Source: an uncultured Gemmatimonadaceae bacterium
GTDB lineage: Bacteria > Gemmatimonadota > Gemmatimonadetes > Gemmatimonadales > GWC2-71-9
DNA length: 64,000 bases
NCBI GenBank assembly: GCA_964487785.1
Contig: CAZASU010000001.1
Span: 10,633 to 74,632 of the forward strand
Reading direction: 5' to 3'
The notes below the pieces were generated by a model, which saw only the letters and a program-made list of their open reading frames with translations, made no database searches and was not told the origin of the DNA. This document shows, one piece after another, positions 1 to 8,973 of the stretch; position 1 is the stretch's first letter, and each line of letters starts with the position of its first letter. Made by a program: the position numbers and the translations under genes.

Positions 1-1
1 T

Positions 2-1336
2 ACTCACATCCTACGCATCGAGGACACCGACCGCGAGCGCAGCACGCCGGAGCACACCAAGGTCATCCTCGATGGGCTCACCTGGCTGGGTATCTCCTGG
101 GACGAAGGTCCGTACTTCCAGGGTGAGTACGCGCCTCGCCATCAGGCCGATGCGGAGCGGCTGCTCGCCGCGGGGACAGGGTATCGTTGCTTCTGCACCC
201 GGGAGGAGCTCGACACTCAACGAGGCAGGGCCGAAGCGTCAGGGGTCGGCTTTCGGTACGACCGGCGCTGCCACCGGCTCAGCCCGGCCGAGGTCGAGGC
301 GCGCATCCGCGGAGGTACCCCGTCGACGATCCGGTTCCTGCTGCAGGACGAGGAGATCGCCTGGGAGGACGCGGTTCACGCCCGGATCAGCTTCCAGGGT
401 CGAGACCTCGACGATTTCGTCATTCTGCGGAGCGATAACAGCGCCATCTACAACCTGGCAGTCGTCTCCGATGACATCGCCATGGGCATCACCCATGTCA
501 TCCGGGGCGACGACCACATCTCCAATACTCCGAAGCAGATCGCACTCTACCGGGCGCTGGGCCACGAGCCACCGGTCTTCGCTCACGTGCCCATGATCCT
601 GGGAGCGGACGGGAAGAAGCTCTCGAAGCGGCACGGCGCCACCGCTGTCGGCGACTACCAGGATCAAGGGATCTTCCCCGCGGCGATGCGCAACTTTCTC
701 GCCCTGCTCGGCTGGTCTCCGGGCGGCGACCGCGAGATCATGCCGGAGGACGAGATGATCCGGCTGTTCACCCTCGACGGCATTCAGAAGAAGGCGGCGG
801 TTTTCGACACCACCAAGCTCGAGTGGATGAACGGCCAGTATCTGACCGCCCTTCCTGCCGAGGCGCTGCTCGAGCCGGTGCGGCTCCAGCTCGCTCGCAC
901 GGGGGTAGACCACGCGGGCGACCTGCGGCCCTTGATCGACTCGGTGAAGGCCCGTTCCCGGACCATTCTCCACGTGGCCGAGCAGGTGGCTGTGCGATTG
1001 GACCCCTCGCGGTCGAGCCTCGACCCGAAGGGTGAGGCGCTGATCCGGAAGATGGCCGCTGCCTTCGGGAGAAATCTTGGCCTCGGGGCCGCCGCGCTCG
1101 AAGGGCTGACGGCGGAGGAGTGGAATGCCGACCGGCTGCTGGAAACCCTCCGATCCCTCGCGGAGTCAGAAAGCCTGAAGCTGGGCGACGTGATGCAACC
1201 GATCCGGGTGGCCTTGACGGGGTCGACCGTGTCGGAGCCGGTGAACGAGCTGCTGGCGGTGGTTGGCCGGGAGAGCAGTCTCCGGCGCCTCAAGGAGACC
1301 GCCACGCGCGCCGGCGGAGGTGTGAGCGCCGCGTGA
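2..1336 (+). CDS. gltX: Glutamyl-tRNA synthetase, 5'-truncated by the window edge
   Basis: Frame 2 reads from base 2 as THILRIEDTDRERSTPEH... and runs into listed ORF 482..1336. That ORF carries HVIRGDDHISNTPKQIALYRALG and KLSKRHG (KMSKS-type motif). Confidence 0.9.
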   Translation, partial: THILRIEDTDRERSTPEHTKVILDGLTWLGISWDEGPYFQGEYAPRHQADAERLLAAGTGYRCFCTREELDTQRGRAEASGVGFRYDRRCHRLSPAEVEARIRGGTPSTIRFLLQDEEIAWEDAVHARISFQGRDLDDFVILRSDNSAIYNLAVVSDDIAMGITHVIRGDDHISNTPKQIALYRALGHEPPVFAHVPMILGADGKKLSKRHGATAVGDYQDQGIFPAAMRNFLALLGWSPGGDREIMPEDEMIRLFTLDGIQKKAAVFDTTKLEWMNGQYLTALPAEALLEPVRLQLARTGVDHAGDLRPLIDSVKARSRTILHVAEQVAVRLDPSRSSLDPKGEALIRKMAAAFGRNLGLGAAALEGLTAEEWNADRLLETLRSLAESESLKLGDVMQPIRVALTGSTVSEPVNELLAVVGRESSLRRLKETATRAGGGVSAA

Positions 1337-2559
1337 GGATCAGCCTGCGTTGGCCGGTCCTTCTCACAACCCTGGCCTGCGCCAAGACTCCGCCGCCGCC
1401 CCAGCCGCAGCCGGTCCCGCCGACGGAGCGCGCCGACACGGTCGCGCCACCACCCTCACCGCTGCTCGAGCCTGCTCCGCCTCCCCCGCCCCGCCTGTAC
1501 GCGCCGGTTCGCCTTGCCTTCGTTGGTGACATCAACCTGGGGACCGTGACCCTGCCCGACGGCGTCCCGCCCGACAGCGGACGCGGCCTGCTCGATCGAG
1601 CGCGTCCCAGCCTCCGTGGTGACCTCGTCGTGGGAAACTTCGAGGGGGTCCTGGCAGATACCGGCACGTCGGTGAAGTGCCTGGTGCGGCTCACGCCGAA
1701 GGAGCAGCGCAGGAAGCGGATGCAGCCGGACCCGCTGCCTCCTGCGACGCGCCCGAACTGTTACGCCTTTCGCACACCCACCATGTTGGCGCCCCGGCTG
1801 GTGGAGGCCGGCTTCACCCACATGAATCTGGCGAATAACCACGCCAACGACCTGGGGCCGGCCGGACGCGTATCGACCGAGCGGGTACTCGAGGGTTTGG
1901 GACTTCGGCTCTACGGCCCCCTGGGGCGGATCACCGTAGACACGATCCGGAGGGGCGACAGTCTCACCACGGTCGGGCTGGTGGGCTTCACTACCTATCC
2001 CTATGCTTACAATCTCCTGGACATCGAGCGCAGCGCGGCGGTGGTGGACTCGATGCGGCCCCTCGTCGATCTGCTGCTGGTGACATTTCACGGGGGAACC
2101 GAGGGAGTACGGGCGCTCCGAACCAGCGAGGTGGCCGAATCGCTCGGCCGCGAGCCCCGGGGCGACCTCCGGCGCTGGGCCCGCGCCGTGATCGACGCCG
2201 GCGCCGACGGGGTGATCGGACATGGACCGCACGTGCTCCGAGGAATGGAGTTCTACCGCGGGCGGCTCATCGCCTACTCGCTGGGCAACTTTGCCACCTA
2301 TCGCGGCTTCAACCTGGCCGGTCCGCTCGGCATCACGGGGGTGCTGCAGCTGGAGTTCTCCGGAGGCCGGACCCTTCGAGCAGCGCGCCTCGCCCCGATG
2401 AAGCAGGTCCCCCAGCAAGGCCCGGCACCGGATCCCGACAGCACCGCCATTCACCTTGTACGCCAGCTCTCGGCCGAAGACTTCGGCGGCACCGCTGCGG
2501 TGATCACCGAGTCGGGTGAGATTGTTCCTCCGGTGCATCCGCAAGACAGGAAGCCCTAA
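1333..2559 (+). CDS. CapA/PGA_cap-family metallophosphatase-like lipoprotein
   Basis: GTG at 1333 overlaps the gltX stop (GTGA). N-terminus VRISLRWPVLLTTLAC is a lipobox-like signal. Motifs FVGDINLG, ANNHANDLG, HGPHVLRG and YSLGNF are typical of the CapA family. Confidence 0.7.
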   Translation: MRISLRWPVLLTTLACAKTPPPPQPQPVPPTERADTVAPPPSPLLEPAPPPPPRLYAPVRLAFVGDINLGTVTLPDGVPPDSGRGLLDRARPSLRGDLVVGNFEGVLADTGTSVKCLVRLTPKEQRRKRMQPDPLPPATRPNCYAFRTPTMLAPRLVEAGFTHMNLANNHANDLGPAGRVSTERVLEGLGLRLYGPLGRITVDTIRRGDSLTTVGLVGFTTYPYAYNLLDIERSAAVVDSMRPLVDLLLVTFHGGTEGVRALRTSEVAESLGREPRGDLRRWARAVIDAGADGVIGHGPHVLRGMEFYRGRLIAYSLGNFATYRGFNLAGPLGITGVLQLEFSGGRTLRAARLAPMKQVPQQGPAPDPDSTAIHLVRQLSAEDFGGTAAVITESGEIVPPVHPQDRKP

Positions 2560-2568
2560 GGCCATATT

Positions 2569-2670
2569 CCTCATCCCGAGCGCAGCGAGGGACCTACTCG
2601 ACTCGTCCGGGAAGCGCGGGTTAGGTCCCTCGCTTCGCTCGGGATGAGGAGGGAGCTCGGGATGAGGAGG
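2569..2670. repeat. REP-like intergenic hairpin element
   Basis: The 27-nt arms (2569-2595 and 2623-2649) are reverse complements with one mismatch. The right arm is followed by a tandem second copy of ctcgggatgagga. The element starts 10 nt after the upstream stop codon. Confidence 0.6.
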
Positions 2671-2724
2671 CTGCTCTATAACCACCCGCTTGCCGTATTG
2701 CTGTGCCCCGCCTACTGATTCCAC

Positions 2725-3294
2725 ATGACAGCCAACGCACCCGATCCCGGTGAAGGCAACCCGGTCCCCACACCGGCGGCGATCGCCGCTACCGACGAGC
2801 CAGTACAGCTCGAGGTCGGCCTGGTCGAGGACGAACGGGTGCCTTCCGGGATGGTCTGCATGGGCACCTATCGCAATGGCCGCCTGGTTGCACGCGCGGT
2901 GCTGTCGCCCGAAGCATGGGAGCAGATCGAGGAGCACGGATTCTTCGACGAGCCGCTGCAGGTTGTGCTGGTGGCGCGGCTCGCGCCGCCGGGCCTTCAA
3001 TGCCAGCTCTTCGCCATGGTGCCGATTCCGGATGATGAGATGGATGAGCCGGAGGAGCCGTGGGCGGCCAGCGTGCCGAGCTCGTCCTACGAGTCAGCGC
3101 TGGAGTCCGAGGGGGATGCGCAGGATGACCCCGAGGTGACTCCCATCCCACTGGGGAACGTCGTGCGGTTCCAGAGTGACCGGGTGCATCCCGAGAGCCT
3201 GCCGCTCGAGACTGCCGATGTGCTGAAGAAGATCATCGAGGGAGGAACGTCGGAGGTGGTGGACCGCGCGCTGTCGGACCTTCTGGGATTGTAG
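2725..3294 (+). CDS. Hypothetical acidic protein
   Basis: 189-aa ORF with an ATG start. The Asp/Glu-rich central part has no recognisable motif. It sits in a slot where no better competing ORF exists. Confidence 0.45.
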   Translation: MTANAPDPGEGNPVPTPAAIAATDEPVQLEVGLVEDERVPSGMVCMGTYRNGRLVARAVLSPEAWEQIEEHGFFDEPLQVVLVARLAPPGLQCQLFAMVPIPDDEMDEPEEPWAASVPSSSYESALESEGDAQDDPEVTPIPLGNVVRFQSDRVHPESLPLETADVLKKIIEGGTSEVVDRALSDLLGL

Positions 3295-3344
3295 GGGTGA
3301 CCCGTGGGTCGCCCGCCAAGGGCGAGGCACGCCTCGCCCCTACA

Positions 3345-3788
3345 TCACACAAACACGCCGGTTCGGAATCGCCAGATCCGGCTGAGCAAGTTGTCCAGGT
3401 AACCTTCGGTCATGAACACGTCGACCGCGGCCGCCGTGCATGACGCATCCACTCCCCACAGGCTCGCCCGCTTCGCCTCGGCCTCGAAATCCGCCTGCAG
3501 GAACAGCCGCTCGTCCTGGGAGTACACCGTCGGCAGGGTCTCCGAGAAATCGTGGGAAACGCCGTTGGCCCCGGGGCCACCGATCGCGATGGTGGGGTTG
3601 AGCTGAAAGATCCGGTTCTGCTGATACCAGAGATCGGCCACCACCACGGCGCGCCGGTACGCGTGGCCCGAGCCGCGGCGATCGATTTCCGCCTTGAGCC
3701 GGTACGCCTGAGGCCGGTCCCGCTCCTCGGCGGTCAACGAGGAGCCGGTAACAAGCACGACGGTTTCGTCGGTGTCGACGAGCTTCAA
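3345..3788 (-). CDS. Hypothetical protein
   Basis: 147-aa ORF whose start overlaps the upstream gene's stop by 4 nt (3785-3788). No family recognised. Confidence 0.5.
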   Translation of the reverse strand: MKLVDTDETVVLVTGSSLTAEERDRPQAYRLKAEIDRRGSGHAYRRAVVVADLWYQQNRIFQLNPTIAIGGPGANGVSHDFSETLPTVYSQDERLFLQADFEAEAKRASLWGVDASCTAAAVDVFMTEGYLDNLLSRIWRFRTGVFV

Positions 3789-4741
3789 GGCGTGGCCGGG
3801 GTCTCGGGAGGCGGGGCGGTGCGCTGGTTTTTCTCAAATTCGCGCTCGCGCTCCTTTCGGAGCCGGATTTCGCGGATGACCTGTTTGAACTCCTCCAGGG
3901 TCTGGGCTCGCTGCGCCGCGTACAGCAGATCGGCGCGAAGGTCCATCAGGCGATTATACGCCCGGTTCTGATCGATGTTGCCTCCTGATATCGGAAGCAA
4001 CGCCAGCACCGCGGCGGGGATCTTCAGTCCCGCGATATAGATGTTCTTCGAGTCAATCCCGAATTTCTTGCCGGCCACTTCGGTGGTCCAGCTTGGCAGA
4101 CCCACGTTGTTGCTGGCCGGATCACTGGCGATCGAATCCAGGTAGGCCTGCACGATGGCCGAGACGGCGCTATCCAGCAGCTCAGCCCGGCTCTGGGAGA
4201 GCCGCTGCGCCAGCTCTCGAGGCGGCAGCGGCAGCGGACGGACCCAGAGCCTGCCCTCCGCCAGACCAGGACCGATTCGCGACGCCCGAGTCACTGCGGT
4301 GGAGAGGCTGCTGCTGTCAGCCTGTGGCTCGTCGCGTGTCTCCGGTTTCGGCAGTACGGTGACGGCCTCCGGCACGGTCGGCAGCTCGGGACGGGTGGTC
4401 CGCGCGCGGGCGGTCCCCCGGCGAGGGGACGGTACCGCACTGGTCCCCCGCTCTCCCACCGGTTCCGGCAGCTGATAACGCATGGTGATCTGGTCGGGTC
4501 CGTCGGCCGGCTGGGAGAGCACGATCAGCTGGCGGGGTAGCCGGGGGATATCCGGCAACCGTCCGGTGACCCACCCGAAGAGCAGCAGGCTGTGCACCAG
4601 GATGCTGGCCGCGAAGGCGATCCAGGGCCAGGGCGGGCGTTTCCGAAGGTGGAACTCAAACTGTTGCGGCAAGCGCGCCTCTACGCGCGCCTTCGAGCGC
4701 GCGACCCAGCCGTTCGGCGGCCAGGCGCAGCCGGTCGGCAT
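3785..4741 (-). CDS. Hypothetical membrane-anchored, Pro-rich protein
   Basis: ORF with one predicted TM helix (WPWIAFAASILVHSLLLFGWV), then a Pro/Arg-rich linker. The true start may be the in-frame TTG at 4672, which would reduce the overlap with the aminotransferase to 17 nt. Confidence 0.5.
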   Translation of the reverse strand: MPTGCAWPPNGWVARSKARVEARLPQQFEFHLRKRPPWPWIAFAASILVHSLLLFGWVTGRLPDIPRLPRQLIVLSQPADGPDQITMRYQLPEPVGERGTSAVPSPRRGTARARTTRPELPTVPEAVTVLPKPETRDEPQADSSSLSTAVTRASRIGPGLAEGRLWVRPLPLPPRELAQRLSQSRAELLDSAVSAIVQAYLDSIASDPASNNVGLPSWTTEVAGKKFGIDSKNIYIAGLKIPAAVLALLPISGGNIDQNRAYNRLMDLRADLLYAAQRAQTLEEFKQVIREIRLRKEREREFEKNQRTAPPPETPATP

Positions 4742-5852
4742 CGACAGTCAGTGCAATGCGGAAGAAGCCCTCCCCAGCCGGCCCGAATCCGCTTCCAGGC
4801 AATACTACCACACCCATCTCCTCCAGAGCCTTCTGGGCGAACACCGCCGAAGGCATACCGGCGGGCAACGGTACCCAGAGATACATGGCCGCTCTGGGTG
4901 ACTCGACCGTGAACCCGGCCTGCCGGAGCGCGATGACCGCGGCGTCCCTCCGCCGCTGAAGCTCGGCCCGGATCGGCTCGACCAGGCTCTCGCCCTGATC
5001 GAGGGCCGCGGCCCCGGCCTTCTGCACCGCCAGGAACGGTCCGGTATCGACGTAGGACTTCACCCGGGTGAGGGCCCCGATCAGCTCCGCGCGGCCGGCC
5101 GCGAATCCCAATCGCCAACCGGTCATGGAATAGCTCTTCGACAAGGAGAAGAACTCGACCGCGACGTCGCGAGCTCCCGCAAACTCGAAAATGCTCGGCG
5201 CACGGTAGCCGTCGAACGTCAAATCGCAGTAGGCGTTGTCGTAGGCCAGCAGGATCCCGTGCGCCCGGCAGATGGCCACCGTGCGCTCAAGGTAGGCCGG
5301 GGTTGCCACGGCCGCTGTCGGGTTATTGGGATAGTTCACGAAGACGATCCTGGCACGGCGCAGGACCTCCTCCGGAATCTGGTCCAGCTGGAGCAGGAAT
5401 CCGTTCTCCGGCCGCAGCGGGGCGACATATGGCTCTGCACCGGCCAGGAGTGCTCCGCCGATGTACGCCTGATACCCCGGCTCCGGCACGATCGCCACGT
5501 CGCCCGGATTGATCACCGTCAGGGGCAGGTGTGACAGCCCTTCTTTCGAGCCGATCAAGGGGAGCGTCTCGGTGGCCGGATCGAAGGCAACACCAAAGCG
5601 CCGCTCCATCCAGCGGGACGCCGCCTGCCTGAATTCGGGCAGGCCCTGTTGGAAGCCATACTTGCTGAGCGCGGGGTTACGGACGGCGGCTCTCAACGCT
5701 TCGACCGCAACCTCGGGCGGGGGCGTGTCGTTGTCGCCCGCGCCCAGGTCGATGACGTCCACGCCGGCTTCGAGGAGCCGCCGTTTGATGGCGGGAATCT
5801 CGGCTAGTGGGTACCCGGGCAGACTCTGCAGCCGCTTGCTGAAGCTGATCAT
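4656..5852 (-). CDS. PLP-dependent class I aminotransferase (LL-diaminopimelate/aspartate aminotransferase-like)
   Basis: 398 aa. Carries LGAGDNDTPPP and NYPNNPT, and SLSKSYSMTGWRLGF containing the PLP-lysine motif. Confidence 0.85.
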   Translation of the reverse strand: MISFSKRLQSLPGYPLAEIPAIKRRLLEAGVDVIDLGAGDNDTPPPEVAVEALRAAVRNPALSKYGFQQGLPEFRQAASRWMERRFGVAFDPATETLPLIGSKEGLSHLPLTVINPGDVAIVPEPGYQAYIGGALLAGAEPYVAPLRPENGFLLQLDQIPEEVLRRARIVFVNYPNNPTAAVATPAYLERTVAICRAHGILLAYDNAYCDLTFDGYRAPSIFEFAGARDVAVEFFSLSKSYSMTGWRLGFAAGRAELIGALTRVKSYVDTGPFLAVQKAGAAALDQGESLVEPIRAELQRRRDAAVIALRQAGFTVESPRAAMYLWVPLPAGMPSAVFAQKALEEMGVVVLPGSGFGPAGEGFFRIALTVDADRLRLAAERLGRALEGARRGALAATV

Positions 5853-6475
5853 TGGTTATCGGCACCGCGAACCGGGTTGGAAAGAATGCCCACGCCGGGG
5901 ATCTCCACCTCGACCACGTCCCCGTGCTGCAACGGCGCGGTTCCAGAGGGAGTGCCGGTGGCGATGAGATCTCCGGGCTCCAGGGTCATGATGCCGCTCA
6001 GAAACGAGATCAGCTCGGGAATCGAGAAGGCCATGTCGGTCGACCGGGCTCGCTGACGTTGGACGCCGTTCACCCGGCAGATCAACTCGAGTGCGCGCCA
6101 GTCGAGTCCCGCAACCACTTTGGGCCCGACCGGACAGAAGGTGTCGAACCCTTTCGCCCGTCCCCACTGCCCATCGGTCTTCTGCAGATCGCGGCAGGTG
6201 ACGTCGTTTACGCACACGAATCCGCCGATAGCCTTCTCCGCCGCGGCCTGATCCACGTTCCGAACCCGCTTCCCCATCACTACACCGATCTCGGCCTCGA
6301 ACTCCACCCGAGTGGAGACGCTCGGAAGCAGGATGGTGTCACCGTTGCCGATGAGCGCGGTGGGCGGCTTGAAAAAGAGGATCGGGACCACGGGCACCTC
6401 GTTACCCAGCTCCCGGGCGTGCTCCAGGTAGTTCCGCCCAATGCCTATGATCTTCGACGGACGCACTGACATCAT
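5849..6475 (-). CDS. Fumarylacetoacetate hydrolase (FAH) family protein
   Basis: MMSVRPSKIIGIGRNYLEHARE..., EAEIGVVMGK and GDLIATGTPSG are typical FAH-family motifs. The ATG at 6475 overlaps the DinG stop (ATGA). Confidence 0.85.
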   Translation of the reverse strand: MMSVRPSKIIGIGRNYLEHARELGNEVPVVPILFFKPPTALIGNGDTILLPSVSTRVEFEAEIGVVMGKRVRNVDQAAAEKAIGGFVCVNDVTCRDLQKTDGQWGRAKGFDTFCPVGPKVVAGLDWRALELICRVNGVQRQRARSTDMAFSIPELISFLSGIMTLEPGDLIATGTPSGTAPLQHGDVVEVEIPGVGILSNPVRGADNQ

Positions 6476-8973
6476 ACTGCCGCTCCGATGCCCTGGCGGG
6501 CGAAGAAGTCCTCGCACTTGGTGCGGACCTGGGCCCAGCTCCCCACGACCCGCTCCGCCCGCGGAAGACCGCTCAGCAGCAACGGACCATAGCGCTTGGT
6601 GACGACCCGGCTATCGAGCAGGATCACCACTCCGGTGTCCTGCCGGCTCCGGATCAAGCGGCCGAACCCCTGCTTCAACTTGAGCGCGGCGTGGGGAAGC
6701 AGGTAGCTCATGAACCCGTCGAGGCCCTCCTCAGCCAGGCGCTCCAGACGCGCCGCTGTGATCGGTTCGGAGGGTACCTTAAAAGGTAATTTATTCAAAA
6801 TCAGAGTGCGGAGCGCGCGGCCCGGCACGTCGACACCCTCCCAGAACGAGTCGGTGCCGAGGAGGATCGCGTTCTCCAGCTGGCGGAAGCGGCGAAGCAG
6901 AACGTCCCGGGGCGCCTCGCCCTGCACCAGGATCGGCCAGCGGTCTCCGAGCCCGATCCGGAGCTCCTGCGCGGCCCGTCGCAGGGCGACATGACTGGTG
7001 AACAGCACGAACATGCCGCCGTCCGACGCGTAGGCCAGGTCAGTGACCACCTGTACCACCGCCGCGCCATGGGCCGGCTCGTCTTCCCGAGGTTCGGGGA
7101 GATCGTTCGGCACACCGAACAGGCACTGGGAGGGATAGTCGAACGGCGATGCGAAGATCTCCCGCACCGTTACCGGTGACGACTCTCCGCTCAGGCCGAG
7201 CCGGGACTCCAGAAAAGTGAACTCGCCCGCCGCGGCCAGCGTGGCGCTGGTGAGCACCACGGTCCGCAGGCGATCGAACAGCAGCTCACGCAGCAGGGGA
7301 GCCAGATCGAGAGGCACCGCCGACAGGCTGACGTGCTGGCCGCGGGAAGTGCGTTCCATCCATCGCACGGTCGGGGAGCCGCCGGAGGCGGGCCGGAGCG
7401 TCCGATTGAGCCCGTCGGACACCGACTCAAGCCGCCGCATCACTCCGCGCAGCTCCTGGAGGAGCCGGCCCCGGCGCTCGGTCTCCTCTGCCTGTGACAG
7501 GCGATCCGCGATGGTCTCGACCGTGTCCCGCAGCGAGCGGAACGCGCCCAGCGCGGAATCGAGATCGAAGCCCAGCCCCTCACCCCAAATGGGGTCGCCG
7601 GCGAAGCGGTCGTCGAGACGCTGCTGGCCTCCGGGAAGATCCTCCAACCGCTGATGAAGACGAAGGAAGAGCGCCTCACTGGCCCGGCGCGCATCGCCGA
7701 TGGCCGGAAGCAGTCGCTGGTGCAGCAGATCCAAGCTGGCTCGACTCAGCAGATCGCTCCGGCTCTGGAGCTCATAGGAGAGGGTTGGAGCCAGTCCCCT
7801 GCCGTTGCGCTCGAACCGGGCCAGCAGACGCCGCACCGCGCGGCTGGTGACCTGAATGCCGAGGTGATTGGCCGCCACGTCCTCGAGGTGGTGCGCCTCG
7901 TCCAGAATCAATCGCTGATACGGCGGCAGCACGGCCGCGTCCTGCCAGTTGTCCTGCGCCTGCCGGACGGACAGATCGGCCGCGAGCAAATGATGGTTTA
8001 CCACCACGACATCGGCCTCGGCCGCTCGCCGGCGGGCCCGAAACAGAAAGCAGCGATCGAATTCGGGGCACTTAAGCCGGGTACAGAGATCGGGCTCGGC
8101 GCTCACCTCGTCCCACACCTCTGCGCTCGGGCTGACCGGCAAATCGCTCAGGGTGCCGTCAGCGGTGTGACCGGCCCATTCAGCAATGGAGATCAGCTCG
8201 TCCAGCTTGTCCTGCTCCAGCAGGGTTCGCTGCGCCGTCACCGCCTGGTGCATGCGCGCCAGGCAGAGATAGTTCCGCCAGCCCTTGAGGAGGGCAAAGG
8301 TGGGAGTGTAGTCGTCGGTGGTCAGCGCCTGCCGCAGCAGCGGCAGGTCCTTGCCGACCAGCTGTTCCTGCAGGTTGATGGTGTTGGTGCTCACGACGGT
8401 ACGCTCACCGTTGGCCCGCGCCCAGGCCAGAGCCGGGACCAGATAGGCGAACGACTTCCCTACCCCGGTGCCCGCCTCCAGCATCTGCACGCCGCCGTCG
8501 TTGTAGCCATCGGCGATGTGCGCGGCCATGTCGCGCTGGCTGCGGCGGTCCTCGTACCGGCTGAGCTGCTGCGCCACCGCACCCTTCTCCCCCAGCGTGT
8601 CGATGACATCGAACGGGTCGATGGGCACGACCGGCCGGTCGCGGGGGACCTCGACCACCATGTAGAGGTCGGTCGCGCTGTTGTTCAGAATGCCGAATCC
8701 CACGCCGGCATCGTGCAACCGGGCGGCAATGTTGAGATCGGCCGCGGAGGGCTCGAGCAGTCCGCTGGGGTGGTTGTGGAGCAGGACTTCGCCCCGGCAG
8801 GCCCCGCCGGGAAGAGCGAGCACCATCTCGGCCGTGCCCCGGGCCAGGGCTCTGGCGCCGCTGATCACGCCGTCACGGTCCATCTGAGCTACGAAGCACA
8901 CCTCGCGGCCGCCCGCCAGTGAGATCTCGTTCGCGAGGTAGGCCCGGATGCCAGGGGCAATTCGCTCGCTCAA
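6472..8973 (-). CDS. dinG: DinG-family Fe-S ATP-dependent DNA helicase with an N-terminal RadC/JAB-like domain
   Basis: TTG start at 8973 overlaps the upstream stop (TTGA). N-terminus has E...HNHPSGLLEPSAAD (JAMM/RadC-type motif). This is followed by Walker A EAGTGVGKSF, four Cys (YLCLARM, CTRLKCPEFDRC) and a DEAH box LILDEAHHL. Confidence 0.8.
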   Translation of the reverse strand: MSERIAPGIRAYLANEISLAGGREVCFVAQMDRDGVISGARALARGTAEMVLALPGGACRGEVLLHNHPSGLLEPSAADLNIAARLHDAGVGFGILNNSATDLYMVVEVPRDRPVVPIDPFDVIDTLGEKGAVAQQLSRYEDRRSQRDMAAHIADGYNDGGVQMLEAGTGVGKSFAYLVPALAWARANGERTVVSTNTINLQEQLVGKDLPLLRQALTTDDYTPTFALLKGWRNYLCLARMHQAVTAQRTLLEQDKLDELISIAEWAGHTADGTLSDLPVSPSAEVWDEVSAEPDLCTRLKCPEFDRCFLFRARRRAAEADVVVVNHHLLAADLSVRQAQDNWQDAAVLPPYQRLILDEAHHLEDVAANHLGIQVTSRAVRRLLARFERNGRGLAPTLSYELQSRSDLLSRASLDLLHQRLLPAIGDARRASEALFLRLHQRLEDLPGGQQRLDDRFAGDPIWGEGLGFDLDSALGAFRSLRDTVETIADRLSQAEETERRGRLLQELRGVMRRLESVSDGLNRTLRPASGGSPTVRWMERTSRGQHVSLSAVPLDLAPLLRELLFDRLRTVVLTSATLAAAGEFTFLESRLGLSGESSPVTVREIFASPFDYPSQCLFGVPNDLPEPREDEPAHGAAVVQVVTDLAYASDGGMFVLFTSHVALRRAAQELRIGLGDRWPILVQGEAPRDVLLRRFRQLENAILLGTDSFWEGVDVPGRALRTLILNKLPFKVPSEPITAARLERLAEEGLDGFMSYLLPHAALKLKQGFGRLIRSRQDTGVVILLDSRVVTKRYGPLLLSGLPRAERVVGSWAQVRTKCEDFFARQGIGAAV

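Noticed and set aside
1456-3000. Long antisense or alternative-frame ORFs throughout the window. Examples: 1456..3000(-), 7654..8922(+), 9042..10304(+), 13773..15290(+), 15997..17382(+), 26000..27685(+), 43344..44126(-), 44394..45683(-), 45807..46925(-), 60072..61514(-), 60743..61996(-), 61683..63464(-).
   Set aside because: They lie opposite or out of frame to genes with clear family motifs. Their Arg/Gly/Pro/Ala-rich low-complexity translations are typical of high-GC shadow ORFs, and none has a recognisable motif.
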